A model generated the notes under the pieces. The model saw only the letters and a program-made list of their open reading frames with translations. It was not told the DNA's origin and ran no database searches. A stretch of 64,000 nucleotides of DNA from a virus. A program made the position numbers and the translations under genes. The stretch spans positions 32,001-96,000 of the IMG/VR virus record IMGVR_UViG_3300045988_179268; one strand, 5' to 3'. Below are positions 35,152 to 46,410 of this stretch, piece by piece. The number at the start of each line of letters is the position of its first letter. Positions within the stretch are counted from its first letter, which is position 1.

Positions 35152-37086
35152 TTGGCTGATTATATTGCCCGCTTAGCGGATGGGAAATCTTTCCCTGTTA
35201 GGCTGGAAGATTCACCGTTAGGTCGTGGTGGTGAAGGCGCTGTTTATGCCGTAAGTTCTGTAGGTTCTTCAACGTTGGGGTCTGCACATGATTTGGTAGG
35301 GAAGATTTACCACCATGACGAGTCTAAGCACGCACAGCGTGAAGCTAAGTGTTTGGCGATGGTTGCGAGTGTACCTCAGACTGATTCGATTGTGTGGAAC
35401 TTAGGTAACTTGTATGACACGAATGGCGAATTTGCGGGCTTCTTAATGAAGAGGTTGCAGATGGATGTTTACCGTAGTTTCATGGAGGTAGCTCATACTC
35501 GACATAGGCGCAAACGTTTCCCCGAGTGGTCTGTTATGCACGCCCTTCTTATGGCTAGAAACCTCGCTGTAGCTATTGACGCTGTACATACTGCCGGGCA
35601 TATGGTTGGCGATGTGAACGAGTCGAATGTTCTTGTGGCTAAGGACGCTACTGTGCGTATCGTGGACGCGGATAGCGTTCAGATTAGCGCGGGGGATAAG
35701 GTGTACCCCTGCGTGGTGGGTAAGCCTGAGTTTACTGCGCCTGAGATTGGCGAGGGTAGTTATGCGGAGGAACGCAACCGTAGAACTGTCGCTACGGACA
35801 TGTTCGCTTTTGTGGTGATGCTCTTTAATGCTTTAATGGGTAGGGCTCACCCAACAACTTGTAATTACAAAGGTGAGCATAAGGATGTTACAACGCTGAT
35901 TGATATGGGGGTTTACCCTACCTTTGTTCCAAAGTTACCGCGTGGTTTTTCGAAGTTGGATGAGCTGGAGTATGAGGCTATCCCGAGTAGGGTTCATGAC
36001 GTGATTGGGCGGGGTTTGTCTAGTGACCCTGCTAAGCGTCCAAGTTTCGATGAAGTTATCGCTGTTTTTGACGAGTTGTTTAAACGTGACGATGATGGGT
36101 ATGTTAATCTAACGCAGTGTTCTGTGTCGCCTTTGCATTGGTGGGATGCGCGTGATGGGGCTTCTTGTCCTATGTGTCGTTTCGCTTCCCGTAAGCCGGG
36201 CGCTGACATTTGGGGTGAGGATAAGTCTGCTGAGGACATGTCAGCTATTCTAGCTAAGGCTGAGAAGAAGCAGGCGAAGCGGAAAACAAAGTCAGCTAAG
36301 ACCACCCCTGGTGTTCAAGCACCTGGTTTGAAGGCTGTCCTCGCGAGGAAGAAAACTGTTGCCCCGCCAATACCAACGGGGCAAGGTACTCAAGGTCAGC
36401 CTTATCAGGGTGCTACACCTGTTCAAGGTGCTACCCAGCAGTCGGGTGCATCTCAGGGGAATACGGCGGCGGGTAGGTTGCCTGGCGCGCCACCAGATGT
36501 GCAGAAAGTGTCGGGCAAGCTTGCTGTCCTTGATGAAGATGGAAATTTGGTTGCCCGACCACCTATCTTAACTCTGGTTAAAGGTGATTCTTACCGTATT
36601 GCTTTTGATGCTTTGTCTGCTGAGAATCCCCGTATTATGCCGTGGGTGTCCTCGTACCGGGCGGTGCCTATTTGGTGGGTGGCGCTCCTTGCGTGTGTTG
36701 TTGCTTCGTTGGCGTGGTGGTTTGCCGCGCCGGGGATTACGGCATGGGTGGTGGCGGCTATTTTTGATGGCGGGGTTCCTGCCCATATCCTGCCTATTGT
36801 TGCGGGTGTCCAGTTTGCGATATGGGCTTTACCTGCGATAGCCGTTGGTTTGAGGTTCTTAAGTGGTCTGGTGTTATGGTGGCGGCGTGCCCGAGAGGTG
36901 AAGGAGAATGGTTATGGGGCGGTCGTTTTTGAGTCTGCCGGTCAAACTATTTTAAGTGTGGCACTTACGTCGCTGGTGTCTGGTATTCTTTTACCTGCAT
37001 TGTTACTCATTAATGTGCTTTTGAAGATAATCTATGAGATAATTTATAGTATCTTTTACTCAGGCGACTCTGCCAACAGGCGTTAG
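35152..37086 (+). CDS. Ser/Thr protein kinase with Zn-ribbon-like segment, Gln/Gly/Pro linker and polytopic C-terminal membrane domain
   Basis: GRGGEGAVYAV, VGKIYH, HMVGDVNESNVLV, IVDADS, GKPEFTAPE, CSVSP...CPMCRF. At least 4 hydrophobic helices after residue ~500. Confidence 0.75.
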   Translation: MADYIARLADGKSFPVRLEDSPLGRGGEGAVYAVSSVGSSTLGSAHDLVGKIYHHDESKHAQREAKCLAMVASVPQTDSIVWNLGNLYDTNGEFAGFLMKRLQMDVYRSFMEVAHTRHRRKRFPEWSVMHALLMARNLAVAIDAVHTAGHMVGDVNESNVLVAKDATVRIVDADSVQISAGDKVYPCVVGKPEFTAPEIGEGSYAEERNRRTVATDMFAFVVMLFNALMGRAHPTTCNYKGEHKDVTTLIDMGVYPTFVPKLPRGFSKLDELEYEAIPSRVHDVIGRGLSSDPAKRPSFDEVIAVFDELFKRDDDGYVNLTQCSVSPLHWWDARDGASCPMCRFASRKPGADIWGEDKSAEDMSAILAKAEKKQAKRKTKSAKTTPGVQAPGLKAVLARKKTVAPPIPTGQGTQGQPYQGATPVQGATQQSGASQGNTAAGRLPGAPPDVQKVSGKLAVLDEDGNLVARPPILTLVKGDSYRIAFDALSAENPRIMPWVSSYRAVPIWWVALLACVVASLAWWFAAPGITAWVVAAIFDGGVPAHILPIVAGVQFAIWALPAIAVGLRFLSGLVLWWRRAREVKENGYGAVVFESAGQTILSVALTSLVSGILLPALLLINVLLKIIYEIIYSIFYSGDSANRR

Positions 37087-37108
37087 AGTGGCTTACGGGT
37101 TTCCAGCT

Positions 37109-37152
37109 AAGTTGGGGGTTGCTTGAGTTTTTAAGTGACCCCCAACTTTTTG
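37109..37152 (+). terminator. Intrinsic terminator after the kinase gene
   Basis: AAGTTGGGGGT / ACCCCCAACTT followed by TTTT. Confidence 0.7.
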
Positions 37153-37165
37153 TAAGGAGTTAATA

Positions 37166-40266
<3,101 letters not shown>

Positions 40267-40302
40267 CGAAGCGCCATTACTTACTGACAAGCCAATATTT
40301 TT

Positions 40303-40336
40303 GAAGGCTGGAAGTTTGCTGTGAACTTCCAGCCTT
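40303..40336 (+). terminator. Hairpin after ligA
   Basis: GAAGGCTGGAAGTT / AACTTCCAGCCTT, 7-nt loop, then TTGCT. Confidence 0.65.
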
Positions 40337-40357
40337 TGCTATATTTATCAAACCGGG

Positions 40358-40386
40358 TTGCAAACATCAGCAATTTTCGGTATAAT
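40358..40386 (+). promoter_or_regulatory. Near-consensus sigma-70-type promoter
   Basis: TTGCAA-17 nt-TATAAT. A second TTGCAA-17-CATACT lies at 40436..40464. Confidence 0.45.
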
Positions 40387-41091
40387 TAACCTTTAATCCA
40401 ACTTGTGCAAGATTGTATGTTTCTGTCATCTATTGTTGCAAAACTTGACGGCTTGTATCATACTATAAGTACAGGCGAGGATGAATCTGATGTAGTTATA
40501 CATTATGCTAATCCAAGCCAATAATCGAATCAATGCTAAAGCATAGTCACTACTACCAGCCCCCCCCTTACAAGACATTTAAATCCATCCACCGTCCTGG
40601 TTGCAATTTTTGTAACCGCCCCATATTTTTTTTTGACGAGATGCAGATTTGAACCGTCTTTACAGGGCATTGAGGCTGGGAGAAGGATTGCCTTAGATAC
40701 TTGGTTCAACTATATATGTAACCCTAAGCGTTCCGCGAGGGGCTAGAGGTGCTGTAGGGTGCCTATAACAGGTTTTGCCTGTTATGAATTAAATGCAATA
40801 TTTAAACCTATCTTATCTCAGTGGTTGTTCCTTTGATTAGGTTCAGCCCGTGTATCTGAACTCATTTCTGAGGAGGATACACTCGGTTCTTCTTCACGCC
40901 CCCACAGTTGGGGATGCACTCTGATTAGCTAATTCATAGAATGGCTGGTCACTTCAAGGGTGTATCGGATTCTGTGGTGAGCCGCCCACGAAGTTGAACT
41001 AGAAATTTAGCCCACTTTACACAAGAAGGGCGGGCGGAGGCGCGTTTGAGCTCTGGGGACGGGGCGAGCGAGGGCACCCTTAAGGAGTATT

Positions 41092-41892
41092 ATGAAGAAC
41101 ATTTCCATTCGTCGTGCCGCTGTAGCTCTTGCACTTGGTGGTCTTTCCGTTGGGGCGCTTGCTGTTCCTTCGGCTAACGCCGCTGATTTGGCTACTTGGG
41201 AAAAACTCGCTCAGTGTGAGTCGGGTGGTAATTGGTCTATCAATACTGGCAACGGTTTCTACGGCGGTTTGCAGTTCACTCAGCAGTCGTGGAATGGTGT
41301 TGGTATGAGTGGTTCGCCGCATACGGCTTCGAAGGAAGCTCAGATTGAAGCGGGCGAACGTCTTCTTGCTTTGCAGGGTTGGGGCGCATGGCCCGCCTGC
41401 ACAGCTAAATATGGTCTTTCTGGCGCGGCAACACCTACGTACACTGATACTGGTGTAGCAAAGTCTGCCGCTTCTACTTCGGCGGTATCTAGCGCCGCTG
41501 TTGTTGCTCCTCAGAGCAATACTCAGACTCCGGTTACTCAGCCGCAGGCTCCTGTGGCTGTTCAGGCTCCAGCTGTTGCTGAGTCCACGCCGGTTGCACA
41601 GGAACCTGTTGTTGAGGCTCCGGCTGTCACTTCTGCTGATGCGGCTTCTACTGCCGCTGTTGAATCCGCACCTGTAACCCCTGTGGTTGAGCCTGCCCCT
41701 GTTGAGACGGTTAAGGCTCCTCGTGTAGCTTCTTCTACTTATCAGGTTGTTGCTGGTGATACGCTGTCTCTTATTGCTAACCGTCTTGGTGTAGCTGGAG
41801 GCTATCAGGCTATTGCGGATGCTAATGTTGATGTAATTTATGATGTGAACCTTATTTTCCCCGGTCAGGTTTTGACTATTCCGGGACAGTAG
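41092..41892 (+). CDS. rpf: Resuscitation-promoting-factor (Rpf) transglycosylase-like domain + Ala/Pro/Val linker + LysM
   Basis: Signal peptide, ATWEKLAQCESGGNWSINTGNGFYGGLQFTQQSW, C-terminal YQVVAGDTLSLIANRLG...IFPGQVLTIP. Confidence 0.85.
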   Translation: MKNISIRRAAVALALGGLSVGALAVPSANAADLATWEKLAQCESGGNWSINTGNGFYGGLQFTQQSWNGVGMSGSPHTASKEAQIEAGERLLALQGWGAWPACTAKYGLSGAATPTYTDTGVAKSAASTSAVSSAAVVAPQSNTQTPVTQPQAPVAVQAPAVAESTPVAQEPVVEAPAVTSADAASTAAVESAPVTPVVEPAPVETVKAPRVASSTYQVVAGDTLSLIANRLGVAGGYQAIADANVDVIYDVNLIFPGQVLTIPGQ

Positions 41893-41979
41893 GGTACAAT
41901 ATTTATATAACATATTTTTGTCCGACTTAGTAAAAATTATATGTTGAGTAGGCGGCTAAGGTTAGTCTACTTTCTCACA

Positions 41980-42023
41980 ACTTGTGCCCCTGAGTTATCG
42001 CAAGGTATCTCAGGGGCACAAGT
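41980..42023 (+). terminator. Hairpin after rpf
   Basis: 15-bp inverted repeat ACTTGTGCCCCTGAG / CTCAGGGGCACAAGT. Confidence 0.6.
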
Positions 42024-42067
42024 GTGTTTAAAAGCCATTTCGCGGGCTTTCCATATGAACACGCACA

Positions 42068-42114
42068 GAGGGTGCCCACCAGAAACTTGCAACGGTTTTC
42101 TGGTGGGCACCCTC
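42068..42114 (-). terminator. Hairpin after the minus-strand Rep-like gene
   Basis: Perfect 18-bp inverted repeat GAGGGTGCCCACCAGAAA / TTTCTGGTGGGCACCCTC. Confidence 0.7.
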
Positions 42115-42134
42115 TAGTTATGGAAGCCCTGCTT

Positions 42135-44726
42135 TTAGTAGTACATGATGGGGTACTCATCAGTAGGCTCAGGCTTAGGGTTCATGATACCGTCCAGGAC
42201 GGGTTTCCTGTCCTTAGCGCCATTTACCCATTTAAGGATAGCGGCGCGCGCCTCAGCTTCCTCATCATTACTGACAGGAGGTAGAGATGCTTCATCAATG
42301 ACTTCTGATTCTACCGGGTCAGCGTTAAAGTTCGCCAGGTACCCATCAAGGGTTTCTTCGGCATCGACATACTTGTAGTGTGCGTCCACTCTATCCCACG
42401 GCGCTAGAGTGGACGCGACGTTCTTAGGCATGTTGGTGCAAATTTCACGCTTCGCAGTGTGGGCAGGGGTGTCCTGACGCGGCGCAGTATCGCTGACGGT
42501 AGTGACAGGCTTCTCCGAAGCAGGGTTCACTACAGGGCGGGCAGGCTCATGTGTGACAGTTTCTTTTACTACCTTAACGTGACGCACAGGCTGAGGCTCG
42601 GGAACACTAACAGGCACCTCGGTGACACTCTTGGGTTTTGCCGGGCGGGTAGCGCGGGTTTCAGCAATGGTGCGCTTGATGTCCTTGCCAAAGTCTTCGG
42701 TGTAGAGGACGCGGCAGTAGTAGTCGTCACCCTTGGTGTATCGGCTTCCTTCGTTGGGGTACATGTACCCGCCGGAGGGTAGCTTAATGCGGACAGGCGG
42801 GAACTTAACACCCTTCTTCCACTCATTGTAATTATTGACGGGGATGATACCAGCCTGGAGTGCGTCAGAGTATGCGTAGTGTTCCGGGGTGTCCGCGTTC
42901 AGGGTAATGATGTAGTCCTCGTCCATGTACTTCTTGAGGAAGTCTTCATCGAGAAGGTCGAAGTTAGCTACAGCAGGGTTCCTGAGTAACGCCTCAGACA
43001 TGTAAACGGTGGAGGGTGCGCCGAAGTTACTGTCCTTACGTTTCGCAGGCTCAGTCTTCGGGGTAGCTTCACTGTTAAGGCGGGGGAGTCCGTCAGTGGC
43101 TACGTGAGGCTCACTCACGGGCTTGTCCTGGTTGGAGGTGTTGTTCTGTACGGCAGGCTCCTGGATAGCGCGTGCGGGGCGTACAGTAACCGGGGTTTCC
43201 CTCGGGGTATCCATGATAGACGGCTGGTTCTTAATGGAAGCTTCCACATAAGCCTGCCAGCTATTAACCTTCTTCATGTTGCCGTTGCGTGCGGAAGCGG
43301 CGTACCTGTCAATAATAGTATCGACAATACGCTCCCAGTCTTCACTAATTGCAGGAAGATAAACGCCAACAGCGCCACTAATCTTAGTAGATAGTAACGC
43401 AAGGTCTACAGCACGGTAAATATTGCCCTTACGGGGTGCGCGGATAGGGATAAGAACCTGCTCATCCTTAGCGGCAGACTCATTCAAAGTCTCACGAGAC
43501 ACAGCGCTACGAACAGCCTTCGAAAGAGTGTCACCTTTCTTCACCGCATGAGGGCGAACAGCCTTAACACCAGAACGATACGCCTGAACCATAAAGCCAG
43601 CAAAGCCCTTACGACCTTTGCCGCCGACAAGGGACACAACATCCTCAGCACCCTCAACCATCAGCAAAGAACGCACCGCATTCACCGCATTACGGTAAAC
43701 ACTACGCATCTTATGAACAGAGGAAGAGAACACGGCGAACTGGCGTGCTAAATGCGACCACGCAACCCACACCTTCGAAGTCTTAATGTTACCGCTACGC
43801 AACGAAGCCGCACGCGCCAACACAAGCGCCAACACATCCAAAGCAACAGCCGAAGAACGAACCAGCTTACTACCCCACATACCAGCAGGAACAGCAACCA
43901 CATTACCACTGTTCACATAGTCAAAGAACTCATCCGAAACACGAACAACCATGAACCCAGACTCATTACCCTCCAAGCTATACATGATGCCCATCGAAGA
44001 ATCCTCAACATCAGCGGCAACACTGAACGCATGAAGAAGCTCCCCACGCCCACCCTCCTGCGCACGCTCAAAAACAGCAGAACGCAAACCAAGGCACATA
44101 CGGAAAGTATCAGCAAAATGGCGGTACCCCTCAGCAGATAAAGCAGGCACACCAGCCAGGCGCGCCAAAGCACGCGGCTGAGAAGGAACCACAAACTCAG
44201 CAGAACCCGTCTCCAACACGCGAGAAGCAATAAACGCTAAGATACGGCGAGCCATAACACCCGAAGGCATCTCCAGAACCTCACCACCGCTAACGCTAAG
44301 AACAGGCGAAGGGACATGCTGTACAACACGTGCCAGCGAAGAACGCTCCCACACACCCTGCTCATTAAAAGCAGAACCAGCAGAGACAGAACGCGCAGAC
44401 ACCGGCAAACCACCATGCACATAAGCAAGCGGCAACATCCAAGCATCACGCTCAACATCTACACCAAGAACATCCTCAACAGACGCAGAATCCGGTAACA
44501 GGCAACCGTCAGAGTCTACAACACCATACGGACTGTAAGAACTACCCTGTTCACGCTTATTCTCAGCATGAGCAAGAACAGCGTCCTTACGTGCCCTCAG
44601 ATACAAAGAATCACCCGTGAAAGTCTTAGCAGACTGCACAGGCACAAAAACAGACGCAGACTCAGGTTCAACAGGAACCATCACCGCGTCTTCAAAATTC
44701 TGAGAGCCCGCCTTAGCGATATTCAC
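42135..44726 (-). CDS. Large protein with possible plasmid RepA/RPA-like initiator (winged-helix) region
   Basis: GTG at 44726 lies 5 nt after GGAAGGAGG (ORF extends to 44795). PSGVMARRILAFIASRVLETGSAEFVVPSQPRALARLAGVP...YRHFADTFRMCLGLRS resembles RepA_C/RPA-type initiators. Adjacent repeat region. Confidence 0.35.
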   Translation of the reverse strand: MNIAKAGSQNFEDAVMVPVEPESASVFVPVQSAKTFTGDSLYLRARKDAVLAHAENKREQGSSYSPYGVVDSDGCLLPDSASVEDVLGVDVERDAWMLPLAYVHGGLPVSARSVSAGSAFNEQGVWERSSLARVVQHVPSPVLSVSGGEVLEMPSGVMARRILAFIASRVLETGSAEFVVPSQPRALARLAGVPALSAEGYRHFADTFRMCLGLRSAVFERAQEGGRGELLHAFSVAADVEDSSMGIMYSLEGNESGFMVVRVSDEFFDYVNSGNVVAVPAGMWGSKLVRSSAVALDVLALVLARAASLRSGNIKTSKVWVAWSHLARQFAVFSSSVHKMRSVYRNAVNAVRSLLMVEGAEDVVSLVGGKGRKGFAGFMVQAYRSGVKAVRPHAVKKGDTLSKAVRSAVSRETLNESAAKDEQVLIPIRAPRKGNIYRAVDLALLSTKISGAVGVYLPAISEDWERIVDTIIDRYAASARNGNMKKVNSWQAYVEASIKNQPSIMDTPRETPVTVRPARAIQEPAVQNNTSNQDKPVSEPHVATDGLPRLNSEATPKTEPAKRKDSNFGAPSTVYMSEALLRNPAVANFDLLDEDFLKKYMDEDYIITLNADTPEHYAYSDALQAGIIPVNNYNEWKKGVKFPPVRIKLPSGGYMYPNEGSRYTKGDDYYCRVLYTEDFGKDIKRTIAETRATRPAKPKSVTEVPVSVPEPQPVRHVKVVKETVTHEPARPVVNPASEKPVTTVSDTAPRQDTPAHTAKREICTNMPKNVASTLAPWDRVDAHYKYVDAEETLDGYLANFNADPVESEVIDEASLPPVSNDEEAEARAAILKWVNGAKDRKPVLDGIMNPKPEPTDEYPIMYY

Positions 44727-45184
44727 GTGCGCCTCCTTCCAAGGTGCCATAGACAAAAAACTTTTTACTAAAACAGCAATAGTGTAACACACCAACGCAA
44801 AACCACCAAAACTAAGAATGCTCCCTTCATAAGATGCATCCCCAACCTTGGCGACAAAACCCAGGATAACATAGAGCCATCCTCATCAGCAAATCTTGCA
44901 ACTACCGCAACAGGTGACCTTAGCCAGCGATACCTAACCACCACCTACTCTTTGCTCCGTTATTTTTAAAAAACGTCAGCAGACTAACAGCCGCCGCCTA
45001 GAACCAGCAAACCCCACAACGGCAGTGCGTAAATCCTCCAAGCCCCGCCCACAAACAAGCCAAACAATCCTCCAAAAACCGCCACCACGGGATAATCTAA
45101 TCAATAATCTATAGTGAAACCCAACAACAAGACCGCCGAACCCCTTACAGGACAAGGGAACCAGCCGCCCCCCGCACTCGTGAC

Positions 45185-45268
45185 AAACTACCAAAAAGTC
45201 ACTCAAACCCCCAAAAACTACCAAAAAGTCACTACCAAAAAACCACTCAGAAAACCCTAAAAAGTCAC
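45185..45268. repeat. Iteron-like direct repeats
   Basis: Exact 19-mer AAACTACCAAAAAGTCACT at 45185..45203 and 45215..45233 (30-bp period). Partial copy AAAAAGTCAC at 45259..45268. AAAAACCACTCAG occurs twice nearby (about 45238 and 45362). Confidence 0.6.
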
Positions 45269-45504
45269 AAGAAAAACCTGGTAGTCAAAACCTCACCCAG
45301 ATAACCTAAATAATTCCCTTAAAGCCACCCGTCAGACCCCACTGACCATTCGAATAACAGCAAAAACCACTCAGGTGCCACTTTTGCTATGGCATATGCG
45401 CGCAACAAAAATATGCCGCGCACCTTTCCGCCTTGAATAACTCAGAGTGGAACCACTAAAATGTAAATGTCCCAACAAAATACGTCTAAGGAGAAACACC
45501 GAAC

Positions 45505-45822
45505 ATGGCAACCCCACAGATTACCGTCTACAGCAAGAACAACTGCATCCAGTGCAAGCAGACCGCACGAGTGCTAGACGGTGCAGGAATCACCTATGAC
45601 ACCTACAAGGTAGACGAACAGCCCGAAAAACTGGAATACATTAAGGGACGCTACCCGAACATCATGCAAGCACCCATCGTGACCATTCGTACCGAACACC
45701 CGGAACGCTACCTCAGCCTCCCCGGAGTTAGCCAGCACGAAAGCGACAAGAACGAAATCTGCTTCGCAGGCTTTATCCCTGACGTTCTCAAGGTAGCAAT
45801 CAGCGAATCCAGCGAACAGTAA
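45505..45822 (+). CDS. nrdH: NrdH-like glutaredoxin
   Basis: ITVYSKNNCIQCKQTARVL (CxxC) and FAGFIPDVL near the C-terminus, with an internal insertion. Confidence 0.6.
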   Translation: MATPQITVYSKNNCIQCKQTARVLDGAGITYDTYKVDEQPEKLEYIKGRYPNIMQAPIVTIRTEHPERYLSLPGVSQHESDKNEICFAGFIPDVLKVAISESSEQ

Positions 45823-45920
45823 CAGCTCCCCACACATCACATGCGGCACCCCGAAGCCATCAGGTAGGCAGGGGTGCCGCATGACTCTCTACGCACACCC
45901 AAAAGAAAGGTTTCGGCATC

Positions 45921-46367
45921 ATGAACAATGTCCCGCCACTCATCCTTGTCGGATACACCGCCCTCACCAACTCCATCAGCAATACCCTCACCTCTATGGC
46001 GGTCACAAACCGCCAAATTGAAGACTGGGCTTCCCAAACCGGGAACGGTAAAAACCGCACCCTTGCCACTAAAGCCGCCGAAGCCACCAATAAGATGAAG
46101 AATCTGCTAGAAGTTACTCAGCCTAAACAGGAAGCCGCCCACCGCGACCACCTGGAGCACGCCTCCCAAGAGCAACAGCAGGAAGACGGAAAGTCCACCG
46201 AAGAACTCATGGTCTTCAACAACCAGTACGACACCATCTTCAACGAATGGAGCCAGGTAGTCGAACAATGGGAAGAAACAAAGAAAGCTAAGCCAGCCAC
46301 GAAAGACGGTCTTCCAGCCCGATTCGGCTACGTCTGCCGACGACATGACTTCGGCACCTACTGCTAA
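45921..46367 (+). CDS. Hypothetical protein (148 aa)
   Basis: ORF on the C/A-rich strand, where stop codons are rare; weak SD. Coding status uncertain. Confidence 0.3.
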   Translation: MNNVPPLILVGYTALTNSISNTLTSMAVTNRQIEDWASQTGNGKNRTLATKAAEATNKMKNLLEVTQPKQEAAHRDHLEHASQEQQQEDGKSTEELMVFNNQYDTIFNEWSQVVEQWEETKKAKPATKDGLPARFGYVCRRHDFGTYC

Positions 46368-46410
46368 ACCACCACACTAACCGCCACCCTCCAGTAAAAA
46401 GGAAACGCAG

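Noticed and set aside
40417-40524. 35-aa ATG ORF in the ligA-rpf spacer
   Set aside because: It has no Shine-Dalgarno sequence, and it overlaps the second promoter-like element. It was treated as non-coding.
41080-41913. 277-aa minus-strand ORF covering the whole rpf locus
   Set aside because: It is antisense to a plus-strand ORF with unmistakable Rpf and LysM motifs. Its translation is Arg/Ser/Asn-rich low complexity, and there is no RBS.
43752-44141. Plus-strand ORFs (129 aa and others) inside the Rep-like gene
   Set aside because: The C/A-rich top strand is poor in stop codons, so long spurious frames are expected. The translations are low-complexity (Arg/Thr/His/Asn).
44976-45224. 82-aa minus-strand ORF in the gene-free repeat region
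   Set aside because: This is a composition artefact (Gly/Arg/Val/Leu from a G-rich strand). It has no RBS and spans the iteron-like repeats.
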